Assembly (NCBI GenBank): GCA_026025075.1
Contig: JAPEUI010000002.1
Location: 124,001 to 188,000 of the forward strand
DNA from: Vezdaea acicularis
Lineage: Eukaryota
Reading direction: 5' to 3'
DNA: 64,000 bases
The position numbers and the translations under genes were made by a program. The notes below the pieces were generated by a model. That model was not told the DNA's origin. It worked only from the letters and a program-made list of their open reading frames with translations, and did no database searches. Of the stretch, positions 1 through 11,288 are shown piece by piece (the first letter of the stretch is position 1; each line of letters begins with the position of its first letter).

Positions 1-1006
1 TGGTAGTCGAGATCTCTGGATTTGGAAATATATCATCGTCATCGGTCACTTTTTGCCGTGTCGCTCTCGACTTTCGCTTCTTAGGTTTTCGTATCTTCAC
101 CTCCGAAGGGTCCAAGTAATCCGATCTTGGCTCGTCGTCTACACCTTTCATCAGTACAAGGCTACAATAGACGGTATGAGCTATTAACTCACTAAGAAAA
201 TCCAAGCTGATTGCCTGCTTCTTCAGTCCCTCCCCAATGCTCTTCTTCGCCTTCTCCTCTTCCTCTGTATTTCTACCGTGGTCATCCAGGACGAATTGTT
301 TTCTCTCTTTGCCATCAATTTCTACATCATACTGACTCAGAATTTTCCTTTCGCCTGTTTCGACGGCGTCGTTTGGATTATAGACCGGCTTTTTCCTCTT
401 CAACTCCAATTTTTCGAAAAGCTTTTCCTCCTCCTTGAGCTCCAAGTTCTCAAGCTCATCTCCTTCAACCTCGTTCTCTTCGATTGTTGTATCCTTGAGA
501 GTTAAGACCCGATCACCCCCTTCCAAAAAGTTGTTAATTTCGTGGGTGACAGTCACTCCTGCTAAATCTTCAGCATTGTACTCAACGGGCCTCTCACGTT
601 CGGCCAGCTCTTCTTCCATCTTTTTCGCCTTCAAAATCCGTTTTTCCCGCTTGCTCTTCTGTTTCAACCAAGCCATAGTGTCCAGGTCGTTGTCTTTGCT
701 AGATTCACCAAGACTCTTACCCTCCAACTTAGAAAATCGCTTGGCGGCATCTCGCGCCTTCTTGATGCGCTCATTCTTGGCCTCTCTCTCTAGCTTTGCC
801 TCCTCCTCCTGCCGCAACTTGTTCCAGTTGTCGTAACCTTCAGCTTGGCGTGACTCGAGAGTACTACTTTTCTCCTCTTCTATGGTTCCATTCTGCGGTG
901 GTGGCACTTCCTTGAAGGTAGGACTTTCCCCTGGGACAGGTAAAGGTTTTAGGCCAAGACTGACCCGTATCTTGTTGGTCTCCAGGATGGATATCGCGTC
1001 AGCCAT
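1..1006 (-). CDS. SNU66: U4/U6.U5 tri-snRNP protein Snu66 / SART-1 family (3' end runs off window start)
   Basis: Manual translation from ATG at 1006: MADAISILETNKIRVSLGLKPLPVPG, matching the Hub1-interacting (HIND) motif of SART-1/Snu66. Probable 48-nt intron 145..192 (GTGAGT...AAG), after which the frame continues SVDDEPRSDYLDPSEVKIRKPKK. Confidence 0.88.
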   Translation of the reverse strand, partial: MADAISILETNKIRVSLGLKPLPVPGESPTFKEVPPPQNGTIEEEKSSTLESRQAEGYDNWNKLRQEEEAKLEREAKNERIKKARDAAKRFSKLEGKSLGESSKDNDLDTMAWLKQKSKREKRILKAKKMEEELAERERPVEYNAEDLAGVTVTHEINNFLEGGDRVLTLKDTTIEENEVEGDELENLELKEEEKLFEKLELKRKKPVYNPNDAVETGERKILSQYDVEIDGKERKQFVLDDHGRNTEEEEKAKKSIGEGLKKQAISLDFLSELIAHTVYCSLVLMKGVDDEPRSDYLDPSEVKIRKPKKRKSRATRQKVTDDDDIFPNPEISTT

Positions 1007-1775
1007 GTTGTCGGCGCAAGTGATTTAATGGCGTCAAATCGATTTTGTAAGATATCCTCGTTCGGTGTGCCAGAATACGAATCAAAGATTTAGTAACCAC
1101 GATAGCATCGCTCCGTAGGCCCTCAAACTGCCTCTCTGGACGAGTATCGGCCTTATTCGAAGTACTGGTATGCTAAGCGTGCAAGACAGGTCGGTCCAAT
1201 AAACTTTGCGGAGCTAGTTTTCGGTAATGCCGAGACGAGCGCTAGCGGGCCGAAATCTTGGCGCAGGCGAAATGATTTTCTATTTCGCTACGATGCGAAA
1301 TTTTGTTTCTTCTCTCACACAGACCTGTGCCCGGAAGTCCCACGTCCTCTCTCTGAGATGGACTGTGGTTGATTTCCGAGGCAGTTCAACGTTTATGGAG
1401 CCATCTGCCATTAAAATGGCTTAGTGATGTAAATCGTCCGGTTGACAGGCCTTAGAGGAAATCAGGTCCTTAGTCTGCCTGAGCTCCAAAGTCCTTCCAG
1501 GATGGGTTGAGCTCGGTGGCCTTGAGATCCTGAGGGCGTTATATTCCAAGTCGTGACCGAGGCCGTTGGCCATTGAGAGTTCGGGAATAACCATAACTTT
1601 GCCTACAGTTCCTAACCTTTCTCGCTTGATGCTCTAGAAGAAATCTCGATGATTTGCTTTTACATGGAAGTTGAACAATATTCATATTAATCTACGTGCT
1701 GGTGGATAACGCAACAGCTTGTGAACTCTTCTCTTCGTGATCCTGTCCTCATTTTCTTACACCGTACCTAAGTAA

Positions 1776-2421
1776 TCATCTCAGCAATCTCAGTTGTCCT
1801 GTGACTTGATCGACGACTGTCTTCGGGCCAGGTCCTACGCCTAGAACAGTCGCAGTCCCACTTGCAATCTCTGTCCTTCCTGCATCGTGAATAATCTCTG
1901 CAACTAGTCCTAGACTTACTGCTTGAGCTTGCAGAACACGTAATTCCTCTTCGGACTTGACTTGCAACGTGATCTTAGTCTGCCCCTGTTTCTCCCACCG
2001 GCGCAGGACTGGGGATGTAGGAGCCAGCTTCAAGAACGTCTTATAGCAGGCGAGAGTGGCATGAGAGCACTGCGCAGCAATTTTACCTATGGGGCCATAA
2101 CAAATGAGCATCATTTGTCCAATATGAAAGATATGGGCTAATCATACCGATACTCATGCCTAGATCCGTCCGTACCACAAGAATAAGTTTGCATTCTTCG
2201 GAAGCATTTGAAGGGAATTCCTTGAGTTCGGATATGTAATTGTCATCCTCATCTCCTGAGCTTGAGTGCACGGATGCTTTGTGGTCATAGATTTGCCTCC
2301 CCGAGCTACGGAGAAGCCCCAGAGACCATGCTTGGGTAAGAAAGTAGCCTCCGAGGCAGCCTATAATTGTACTAGCTATAGAAATTGCTGCTATTGATGG
2401 CAATTCACGAGGGTTTGCCAT
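1776..2421 (-). CDS. PTH2: Peptidyl-tRNA hydrolase 2 (mitochondrial, N-terminal TM anchor)
   Basis: Two ORFs joined by intron 2087..2147 (GTATGA...TAG) give KLILVVRTDLGMSIGKIAAQCSHATL...DAGRTEIASGTATVLGVGPGP...VTGQLRLL, the PTH2 signature. Confidence 0.93.
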
Positions 2422-2742
2422 TCCAAAGAGGTTCGGAGTTGTATGTTATCTGGAATCTCGCCAAAGGGGAATTAAGTTTGGGAGATGAAAATAATTTCTT
2501 TTGAGTCGTATGCCAATGTAACGAAAGCACGTAGAGTCTATTGTTTTGCACCCTGGTCTCCCTTGGAGATTCCAATGAATCTAAATTTAAATATGACTAC
2601 CTATGAAAGGGAATCCAGAGTATGATAAAGCACAGCTTGTATTAGTGTCAGGTGATCCAAGCCAAGAAAGCTATCAGATTTTGAGATATCTGGTATAACC
2701 AGCACGCCAGGACCCAGGACGTGTATCCAAGCGGTTGTTATT

Positions 2743-3042
2743 TTACAAGCTCACATCCACACGTTCGATAGAGCAGGTGGTTGCTTTCGTCGTAGGTAGA
2801 TCGCTCTGTGCGATATGTCAATATATCTAATAGAAGAGGTTTCAAGGTTGATGAGAACCTACCACTTCGAAAATGACTTTGATCATCAAGCTGCAACTAG
2901 GGCATATTGCTACATCCTCGCCATCCTTTAGATCCTCAATAGAAATTTCAAACCTATCGCCACACGGGCAGGGGAAATGATATAGCTGTAACACGGAGTC
3001 AAAGGTCATGTCTTCAATCTCGATTTCATCGTAATACGACAT
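2743..3042 (-). CDS. DPH3: Diphthamide biosynthesis protein 3 (CSL zinc finger, Kti11), 80 aa
   Basis: [12 protein letters not shown]...[11 protein letters not shown]...[12 protein letters not shown]. Intron 2806..2862 (GTAGGT...CAG); 21-codon last exon ends TAA at 2743. Confidence 0.92.
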
Positions 3043-3362
3043 TGTTTCTGTCGCACAATCCTGCTCCCAGCTTATCCTATCAGTCGTTATTATCGTATAT
3101 ACTCGCAGCAACATTCAAGCATAAGTTATGCCTCTTGCTCAATAATATCCCTCTTGCCGCATAATGTCAGATTGAATTTGAAAATGGGGAAGCTCAGTTG
3201 CCTTACACAATTTATGTTCATCGGAAGAACGTTGTCCCGTAACATTTCATTGACGCTAGCAACACCACGCTTTTCCGAAAAGGGTTAGCATTTAAACAAT
3301 CGTCCATAACCATTTCCAGCACGATTGAGTGCCCAGTAGAATCTCCGACTTTTTTGGCCATT

Positions 3363-4562
3363 CTAGCTGAGAGCGTTCCAAAGATCAACCCCAATCATGG
3401 ATTTTTCACTTCTATCGTTCAACTTTATTTCTTCCCAATCTGGGGCTTCGAACAAATCCGAGAGCCTTCGAACTTCGTCAAAATCTGAAGGTAGTACAAG
3501 CTGAAGGTGGTGCCATGCCACAGTTTTATTTCCAGGAACTCGAGGTAAAGGCGGAAAACGGCGTACGGAGGTTTTGGCTCTGTCATCTCCCTCCCATTTC
3601 AATTCTTGCTGGCAGGGCCAACCTGCAGTGTGTTTTCCGGGTGTCCTGTCACCGTTTGCCGAAGATGGAATGGTAAGCGTCCAGATAGTGTCACAACACA
3701 ACACTGCCCCTTTTCCATCATCGAAGCGTTTTCCACGAAAGGCCGGGCGGATTCGAGGGATGCCAAGGCGAAGACGGTCGAGACGGAGCTCTCGCGATGC
3801 GAGTTTAGCCTCCATCCTATCTATCGTTAGTCCAACAAAGCAGTTCTGATGATCGATCCACTGGGCGAAAGTGGTGGGCGGGAAGCCAGACAAAGGAGCA
3901 AGTCTCTGCATATTGGGCCATATTCGAGCCCACCTTTGGCATTCCCTCTCATGCTTTGACAGCCATGTCATTGAGTTCGTGTGTGACACCTCCGCCAGGA
4001 CTACTTCTTGGGACATTTCGATCCCTTCGGACGCCGAGTTGGCGGTACTTGCTACCCGTTCGACCGCCAGCGATTCTTCTCGGTGGTCGCCCATGTACAC
4101 ATCGCCTGTCATTTGATCCTCTGGTTGGGTTGGAGATACTCTCCGCTCGTTAGACAGAGCTTTGTTGGGGGCAGATGCTGTGCCCTCATCGAGAGCCTCA
4201 ACAACGCGAGAGACTCTGTCATGAACAGTCAGTAGCCGCTGAGGCTGCGGATGTAACATTCCTAACGACTGGTCGAGAGGAGCATCTGCTGGACCATCAT
4301 AATTGGCTATGGCTGATCTCTGCGACGCAGGAGTGTGGTTTGCTGCCATGTGGTTCCCCCCCTGTATCGTGCCCATATCTTGGTCTTCTAAATCCGGCTC
4401 CGGGTTTACGCAGCCAATATAAGGAGTCTCAGATATCCATCCAGTATGCCCCTTTCTCGCTGGTTCCATTGCTTCAGATCTCAGGGAAAAGCGCAGGATC
4501 GGTCCAGCAGAGCTGGTCATAATGTCTGGGGAAATGAAAGATACGAGCAACGCTCGTGGCAA
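3363..4562 (-). CDS. Hypothetical protein (~385-400 aa); true start uncertain (first ATG 4520, or spliced from upstream)
   Basis: 399-codon open frame. Low-complexity N-half; aromatic/Arg-rich globular-looking C-half (WPCQQELKWEGDDRAKTSVRRFPPLPRVPGNKTVAW). No family recognised. Confidence 0.7.
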   Translation of the reverse strand: MPRALLVSFISPDIMTSSAGPILRFSLRSEAMEPARKGHTGWISETPYIGCVNPEPDLEDQDMGTIQGGNHMAANHTPASQRSAIANYDGPADAPLDQSLGMLHPQPQRLLTVHDRVSRVVEALDEGTASAPNKALSNERRVSPTQPEDQMTGDVYMGDHREESLAVERVASTANSASEGIEMSQEVVLAEVSHTNSMTWLSKHERECQRWARIWPNMQRLAPLSGFPPTTFAQWIDHQNCFVGLTIDRMEAKLASRELRLDRLRLGIPRIRPAFRGKRFDDGKGAVLCCDTIWTLTIPSSANGDRTPGKHTAGWPCQQELKWEGDDRAKTSVRRFPPLPRVPGNKTVAWHHLQLVLPSDFDEVRRLSDLFEAPDWEEIKLNDRSEKSMIGVDLWNALS

Positions 4563-6257
4563 GTCTAATATCGACTATGAAAGGTGAGCTCTTAGATGGC
4601 CGGTTTGAGATGCGACAACAGCAACACAGCGTGTTCCTGGTATTGAGCGAGTGAAGGTAAGTCTCCAATCCAGATTTTCCTGATGCTGATCTCTCTTGAG
4701 AGTCTTGGAGCCCAATGTTGTCCAGATCTTTAGTACTAAGATTGAGGATGCTTGGTTTGGGACGGGGTACGATTGTCCAGTGACTGGTAAGAAATGGATG
4801 TGATAGCGTCTGTATCATTGGTGAATCATCAATATGGCTCGCAAGCCCCTTTATATGTGTTCCCGTATCTTATTCACTTACCGAGGGAATGGTCCCGTGC
4901 TCTTCTAACCCCCGGAGTTCGGCCGAAGAAAGCTATTCAGAATCTAACTCATCATCTTTGTATCAGCGCTATCTCCGATGTTGAGAGAGTTCTCTTTGAA
5001 GGTTAGCTTCAGTTCACTCACAAAAGCGGTAGCGCTAGGACCAAGTTCCTGTCGGACAAGCGCTGGTAAGCCTGCGATCACGGATGTTAGCTTATTCGAG
5101 TGCGATAAAAACGATGTTGAAGAACAATTAACGATATCTGGATCAAGAACAAGGCAGCGCAGGAAAATATTTACTCCTTTGTAGGCTGTGTTCTATCCCT
5201 CACAACACGGCTAGAATGTTTTGCCTCCTAGTCAAAATGGTGTTGCGAACATATAGGGGCTAACAACGTCAAGTGTGGAAGTATTGTTTGGCACAATTAT
5301 GTTATAGCACACAAGTCGTGCACCACAAATCGGTGAAGTGTGTGGCAGCTTGTGGTCTTGAGATATCTAGACGGAAGTCTATGAATAAACCTTAGAAAAT
5401 ATAGAGTAACTGGGGATTTCTCTCTAGTATTCACGGTGTTTGCTGACACGATAAAGAAATAGGAAACAATAATCTGCGCTATGATATAACTTACTAATTT
5501 ACGTTCGTATTGTAGCCTCAGCTCGAGGACATGTCAAGACTCTAGGGGGGAAAGAGGGAGGAGGTTGCTGTAAGAGGCGGCTGTCTGATAAATATCCAAG
5601 CTCACCTGAGGGGATCTCGAAAGTGAATGGGTTCGCCAGATGCTCTCTCGCAAATTGAAGGCAGCCGCTGCTGAAGGCTTAAAGACTTGAGCAAACTTAC
5701 GGTCAACCCTTGGATCTTATCCTTTGCGAGTTGATGATGTGAGTTGTAGGAGAGAACCACGTACTGAGTGGAATGCGAGGTATTTCACAGGATGAGTTTC
5801 TATGGATACGCATTCATTCACAGTATGTTTTGTTCACTTCTCCCCCTTGGCTATATTGCAAAGTGCGCTATTGAATAGGAAGAACCCTGTACAGTTTATT
5901 CACTGTGTTCAGCCTATTGTCCTTCGCTATCGTTGATTTATTCCCATTGTCTATTGAGCTAATACAATGGCAAATACCCTCTAATCGCTTTGGCTGTAAC
6001 CACGTTGGTTAATGCGATGTCAAAGCTAGCTTCAATGACGATAGTGTCATGCCTATGGCGTTCACTTCTGTATTGTGTTTCATTAGTCATCCATGCAGTC
6101 TCAGCAATAGTGACTCTGGAACAGAGATGGCTTATAGCTTGAAGTTCAATCTTTTGACATAATCCGTCCGTTATAATACTTCTGGGCGCAAACCCTTGCG
6201 AAGCTCCGTCATCTCATCTACTAGCGATCTTGATGCCGCTCCTACATCGCTGTTGCC

Positions 6258-7097
6258 TTAACGACCCATCCAACCACCATCAACTGTCAGGATCTCTCCA
6301 GTAACATAAGCACTTGCTGAGCTAGCCAAATATACTACGGTTCCTTTAAAGTCCTCCGGGGATCCCCACCTTCCCGCAGGTATTCTAGCCAGGATACTGC
6401 TTGCCCTTTCGGGATCCTCGATAAGTGCGGTGTTCATGTCCGTTGCCGTATAGCCTGGTGCAATTGCATTGACTCGTACACCTTTACCGGCCCATTCATT
6501 TGAAAATGCTTTAGTCAATTGAGCAAGACCGCCCTTCGAGGCAGCGTAAGCTGGAATATTGATGCCGCCCTGAAATGAGAGCAGAGACGCTATATTGATG
6601 ATTGAACCCCTCCTTCCTGGTGACAAAAGAGGCTGCGAAAGCATGTGTGCACCTACATCTCGGCAGAGTGTGAATACGGAAGATAGGTTAACCTGAATGA
6701 CAGTATTCCAGTCATCCGAAGGAAACATGTGGCTAGGGAAACGCCGTTGTATACCAGCGCAATTAAGCAGAATGGATATTCTGTGGCCGTCTGATAGTAC
6801 TGCGGGGGTCAGCGCTGCCACAGAGTCCTCCAAAGATAGGTCAGCCACGTAAATATAGGCTTTACGACCCAAGGCTTCAATGTTCCTTTTAGTAGATAAA
6901 TTGGTTCCGTCCCTCTGGAACTCTCAGCAAATCGTGATATTGGGTCAGATGAATACGGAATCATATACTTGTACGAGTATTATGTCTGCCCCTGCTTCTG
7001 CAAGAGCAATCGACATAGCTAGCCCAATTCCACGAGTCCCCCCAGTCACAAGAGCCGTCTGGCCGTCCAGAGAGAACAATTGGGCGAGAGAACTCAT
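6258..7097 (-). CDS. Short-chain dehydrogenase/reductase, KduD/IdnO-like (2-deoxy-D-gluconate 3-dehydrogenase / 5-keto-gluconate reductase family)
   Basis: [25 protein letters not shown] (TGxxxGIG), intron 6915..6968, [26 protein letters not shown] catalytic motif, [17 protein letters not shown]-terminus. Confidence 0.9.
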
Positions 7098-7476
7098 GTT
7101 TGAAATTCAACTTGGCTCCGTAACTCTCTAAGATTTATTCCTCCTCAATGCCGAGTCCGTCAGGGGCTTGTGGAGTGGTGGGCTCGAGACAAGGCTGAAA
7201 TTCCAAGTGTTATACACTATGAAACGCACAACCGCCCAAATGCAGATCTTGGAATAACTGATCTGAATTTATGTAAGAATTACTTGTAAAATGTCTTCGG
7301 AAAGTGATAAAAAAAGTCTTCGAAAGCAGTGATACCCCCTCCTCGAATATGATATGAAGCTGTCAAATTGGATGGTGACGAATCCCCCACTTCGGATATT
7401 TCGTTAACCTGCCAGTTCCGAACTTGATGCCCAGCATTCCCGCTGCATCAGCCCCATTCTGATCCGTGAAGAGACC
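7098..7476. promoter_or_regulatory. Bidirectional promoter of the SDR/polyol dehydrogenase pair with candidate CreA sites and TTCGGA repeats
   Basis: 379 bp between divergent ATGs. SYGGRG matches GTGGAG (7170) and CCCCAC (7385). TTCGGA at 7296 and 7391, inverted copy TCCGAA at 7417. Confidence 0.45.
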
Positions 7477-8754
7477 ATGGCGCCTCCAAAATCGAAAGTG
7501 AAAGTCTCGGTGCTCTATGGGGCTAGGGATCTTAGAACTGTGAGTCGGCTGGTTGCTGTCTTTTCAGATTCCTTAGAGGGAATCCTGATACGACCTGACC
7601 CCTGAAGGAAATCCACGACATCGACCACCCTAAAGCGAATGAACTTCAGGTTGCAGTCAAAGCTACCGGGCTTTGTGGGTCAGATCTACACTATTACACT
7701 CATGGCAGGAATGGGGATATCATTCTACAAGAACCCATGTCTCTCGGGCATGAGTCTGCAGGCATTGTGATTGTGGTAGGCTCTGAAGTTTCAGGCTTCA
7801 GGGTTGGCGATAAAGTCGCGCTTGAGGTTGGGCTACCTTGTGGGAGATGTCAAAGATGCGATGAGGGGAGATACAATATCTGTAAGGGAATGAAGTTCGG
7901 AAGTTCCGCGAGGAGATTTCCTCACAGCCAGGGCACATTACAAGAGAGGATCAACCATCCCGCTGCTTGGTGTCACTTGTGAGTCTATGTATTGTGGCTC
8001 CTAGATGCACCTCGTGTGCCAGAGAATATCACCACTAACCCCTCCAAGGTTGCCTGCTAACACTTCGCTTGATCTTGGCGCACTGCTTGAGCCGCTTAGC
8101 GTTGCTATCCATGCAAATCGCAGGGCCAATCTTCCCTCTCACAGCACAGCTATAGTCTTTGGAGCTGGTACTGTTGGTCTCCTGACCGCAGCGATGGCCA
8201 AGATATCTGGTAGTACAGTGATAATTGCGGACATCGATGCGGGACGAGTTGACTTTGCGCTTAGCAATGGCTTTGCTGATGGAGGTTTTGTAGTGGATAG
8301 GAAAAGGGGTAAGACCGTAGAGCAGAGGCTCGAATATGCAAAGAAGACAGCCAGTCTTGCAGGAAATATTGAGGGACTATCAGGAGAGTCCATCGGAGAA
8401 ATTGACGCAGTTTTCGAGTGCAGTGGGGCTGAAGCATGTCTACAAGCTGCCATCTATGCAACCCGTCCTGGAGGCAAAGTTGTGATGATTGGCATGGGCA
8501 CGCCAGTGCAGACACTTCCTATATCAGAAGCAGCATTGAGAGAAGTAGACTTGATAGGAAGCTTTAGATACGCCAACACTTACACGGAGGGTATCAAGAT
8601 CTTGGGCGAGCTTGGTTCTGGCAGACCAGATTTTCTAAAACTCGTTACGCACAAGTTTCATGGGTTTGATGGGCTAGAGGAGGCGTTTGAGATGGCAAGC
8701 AGGACCGCAGACTGTGACGGAAGACCCGTTCTGAAAGTTGTTGTAGAAGTATGA
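7477..8754 (+). CDS. Zn-dependent medium-chain polyol dehydrogenase (sorbitol / L-iditol / L-idonate 5-dehydrogenase family)
   Basis: Introns 7540..7607 and 7979..8048. Motifs TGLCGSDLHYY, LGHESAG, structural-Zn CGRCQRCDEGRYNIC, EPLSVAIHA, VFGAGTVG...IADID, GSFRYANTY. Confidence 0.9.
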
Positions 8755-9156
8755 AAAGCCGAACACGATAAAACGCAAAGTGTGTTACATATGTAATGTG
8801 AGTTAATTGAGATAGACACGAAAGCGGCTACATCTTCCAATTTGTCAATTGGTACGACGGCCTCGACCTGAGATCATCAATAATACTACATCTAGTGATA
8901 GTGACATCTCTCAGCAGATGCCTTCATTAGTTTTTGGGTTTCTTCCGATCGTAGGGATCCCTTCCACTTGAGAAAGGCGAACGAGACTTGAAGCCTTAAT
9001 TCAAGCACCTAAGCCATATTAGATCCAGATACTTTGCACCGGGGTTTAGGGATATCATAGCCTAAGCTAGCTCACTCTCGGGTACCTTGCGTGTCAGAGG
9101 CCCTAAGTCGGCGCAGAGCTTGACAGTAGCAATAGATGCTGGGCTCCAGTGCTTCT

Positions 9157-9585
9157 TCAGTCATCCTCGTCGTCTACCATCACCTTATCCACGGCCTCAC
9201 CAACTGGCTCTGGCCTCGCTCCAAACAGGATCTTGTATTCAACGATCTCTACAACCTCTAATTCCTCTTCGTCTCCGCCAGTATCACGCTTTTGCACCAC
9301 GGCCATCGGTTTGGGAAGCTTCTTGATCTCGCCCGTAAGTCTTTGATGCTGGCCGACGTATAAGTAAACATTTTTGGTCCAGTCTTCTTCAGATCCTTCG
9401 AGGGGAAAAGTGAGTCGGCCGATTGAAGTACTTGAAGAGGATGATGGGTCAATAGGAGGTATATTAATTGTTCCCTGTAGTTCGATCAAAGCAAGACCGC
9501 GAGGTGTATGAAGGAGCTTTGGCAGTGGATTGACGGAGGTGCCTGCACTACCTCGAGGCTGTACATGCAACTTCACCATAGGCAT
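9157..9585 (-). CDS. CTF8: Chromosome transmission fidelity protein 8 (RFC-Ctf18 subunit)
   Basis: 142 aa with LALIELQGTIN, IGRLTF, YLYVGQHQRLTGEIKKLPKPMAVV, EVVEIVEYKILFGARPEPV. Confidence 0.85.
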   Translation of the reverse strand: MPMVKLHVQPRGSAGTSVNPLPKLLHTPRGLALIELQGTINIPPIDPSSSSSTSIGRLTFPLEGSEEDWTKNVYLYVGQHQRLTGEIKKLPKPMAVVQKRDTGGDEEELEVVEIVEYKILFGARPEPVGEAVDKVMVDDEDD

Positions 9586-9991
9586 AGCTCATGCGCGCTT
9601 CTTTAGGCCTTTTGTGGAAAGTTTGCAGTAGATTTGAAGAGAGTAGCCTAAGTGGTACCTAGTAAGGCGCCGTAAGGAACATACGCCGCCAACCTGCTGT
9701 CATAGATGACTCGATTCGATTCCCAATACTGACATTATCATTTTAAAGTAAGGATTGAAGTTTTTGTGTAGGAAGATATATGCGATATATTTGCAGCATG
9801 GCTTTTGTCGGCCTGCTCTATCGCCTAGCGCAGGAAGCGACTAAAGGGTCAGCCCTAGTACACACATGAGCGCGCCAAGCCTCGCTACTAGCCTCACACC
9901 CCATATTCGCTTTGCCCACACAAGATAATATCCCACCATCCGACTCGGACGTCCACGACAAACAACGCCTTCGTCTTGACAAATCGTCAAG

Positions 9992-10866
9992 ATGAAGCTC
10001 AACATCTCGTACCCTGCCAATGGCACGCAAAAACTCATCGAAATCGAAGATGAGCGTAAGCTCCGTGTATTTATGGACAGGCGTATGGGCCAAGAGGTGC
10101 CTGGTGACTCCGTTGGCGACGAGTTCGCAGGCTACATCTTCAAGATCACTGGTGGCAACGACAAGCAGGGCTTCCCAATGAAACAAGGTGTTATGCATCC
10201 CACAAGAGTCAAGCTTCTCCTCAGTAAGGGCCACTCGTGCTATCGACCCAGAAGGACGGGTGAGCGGAAAAGGAAGAGCGTTCGAGGGTGCATAGTGGCT
10301 ATGGATTTATCAGTACTCGCTCTGAGCATTGTTAAACAAGGCAATTCAGAGATCCCAGAATTGACCGATAAGGTTCACCCCAAGAGGCTAGGTCCCAAGC
10401 GGGCAACGAAGATCAGAAGGTTTTGGAACTTGAACAAGGATGATGATGTGTGTCTTCTATTATGATCCTTTTGAGCTCCACCCTATGTCCAATTTGAGAC
10501 TCAATACTAATAGCTACTCTTAAAGGTTCGCAAATTTGTTATTCGACGTGAAGTTCAGCCAAAGACAAAGGAAGGTCAGGAACCAAAGAAGCCGTACACC
10601 AAAGCTCCTCGAATTCAACGTCTCGTCACCCCTCAACGGCTCCAACACAAGCGCCATCTCATCGCTCTTAAGCGTCGCCGTGCTGAAGCTAGCAAGGATG
10701 CTGCTGTGAGTTTTTCTCCCTTATGAGATCCTTTCAGGTTTTCAGAGACTGACATGGTGTTCTCTTCCAGAACGAATATGCTCAAATTCTCGCCAAGCGT
10801 GTGTCAGAAGAGAAGGCCAAGAAGTCCGAACTACGCAAGCGACGAGCTTCTTCCATGAGGAAATAG
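9992..10866 (+). CDS. RPS6: 40S ribosomal protein S6 (eS6)
   Basis: [23 protein letters not shown]...[13 protein letters not shown]. Introns 10448..10525 and 10706..10770; C-terminus KRRASSMRK*. Confidence 0.98.
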
Positions 10867-11288
10867 AGCGTGTTATTGGTTCGGCATTGTGCATTTATTT
10901 GGGCTGGGGCAGGGGGAGATCGTGGCCGAGAAAAGGGGTATGGCTATGGCGAAGTTTTTACAGTCGATACTACTGCCTTGCCATGGCTCTACTCTAGTGT
11001 ACGCTAGGTAGGGGAGATCAATTCTATAGAGAGGTCTAATCTATCCCAAAGCAAACACAACTATCGCAGCCCCATAAGTCATTTCTTTGTACAAGATGCC
11101 CTACTGCTAGGTCCTGGCCCTGGGATAGACGAGACTAACTTCAGGACGATTCAACGCCGTCTCCAATGCTAGTAGAACGAGGTAGAATATTTCTACCTCC
11201 CCATTTAAGCCAATCAACTCCTCACAGATGCGGACTGCCCCCCCTTGAGAATCTCCCTCCACCTCCCACCTATTATGTTCCACAATAT

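Noticed and set aside
4933..4968. CTGA...ATGATGA...CTGA boxes on the minus strand (possible C/D snoRNA)
   Set aside because: No clear upstream box C or terminal stem and no rRNA-complementary guide recognised; covered only as part of the broader leader finding.
9818..10234. 138-aa antisense ORF over RPS6 (likewise 11245..11772, 20093..20692, 24975..25775, 59476..59940)
   Set aside because: Shadow ORFs on the opposite strand of conserved, codon-biased genes.
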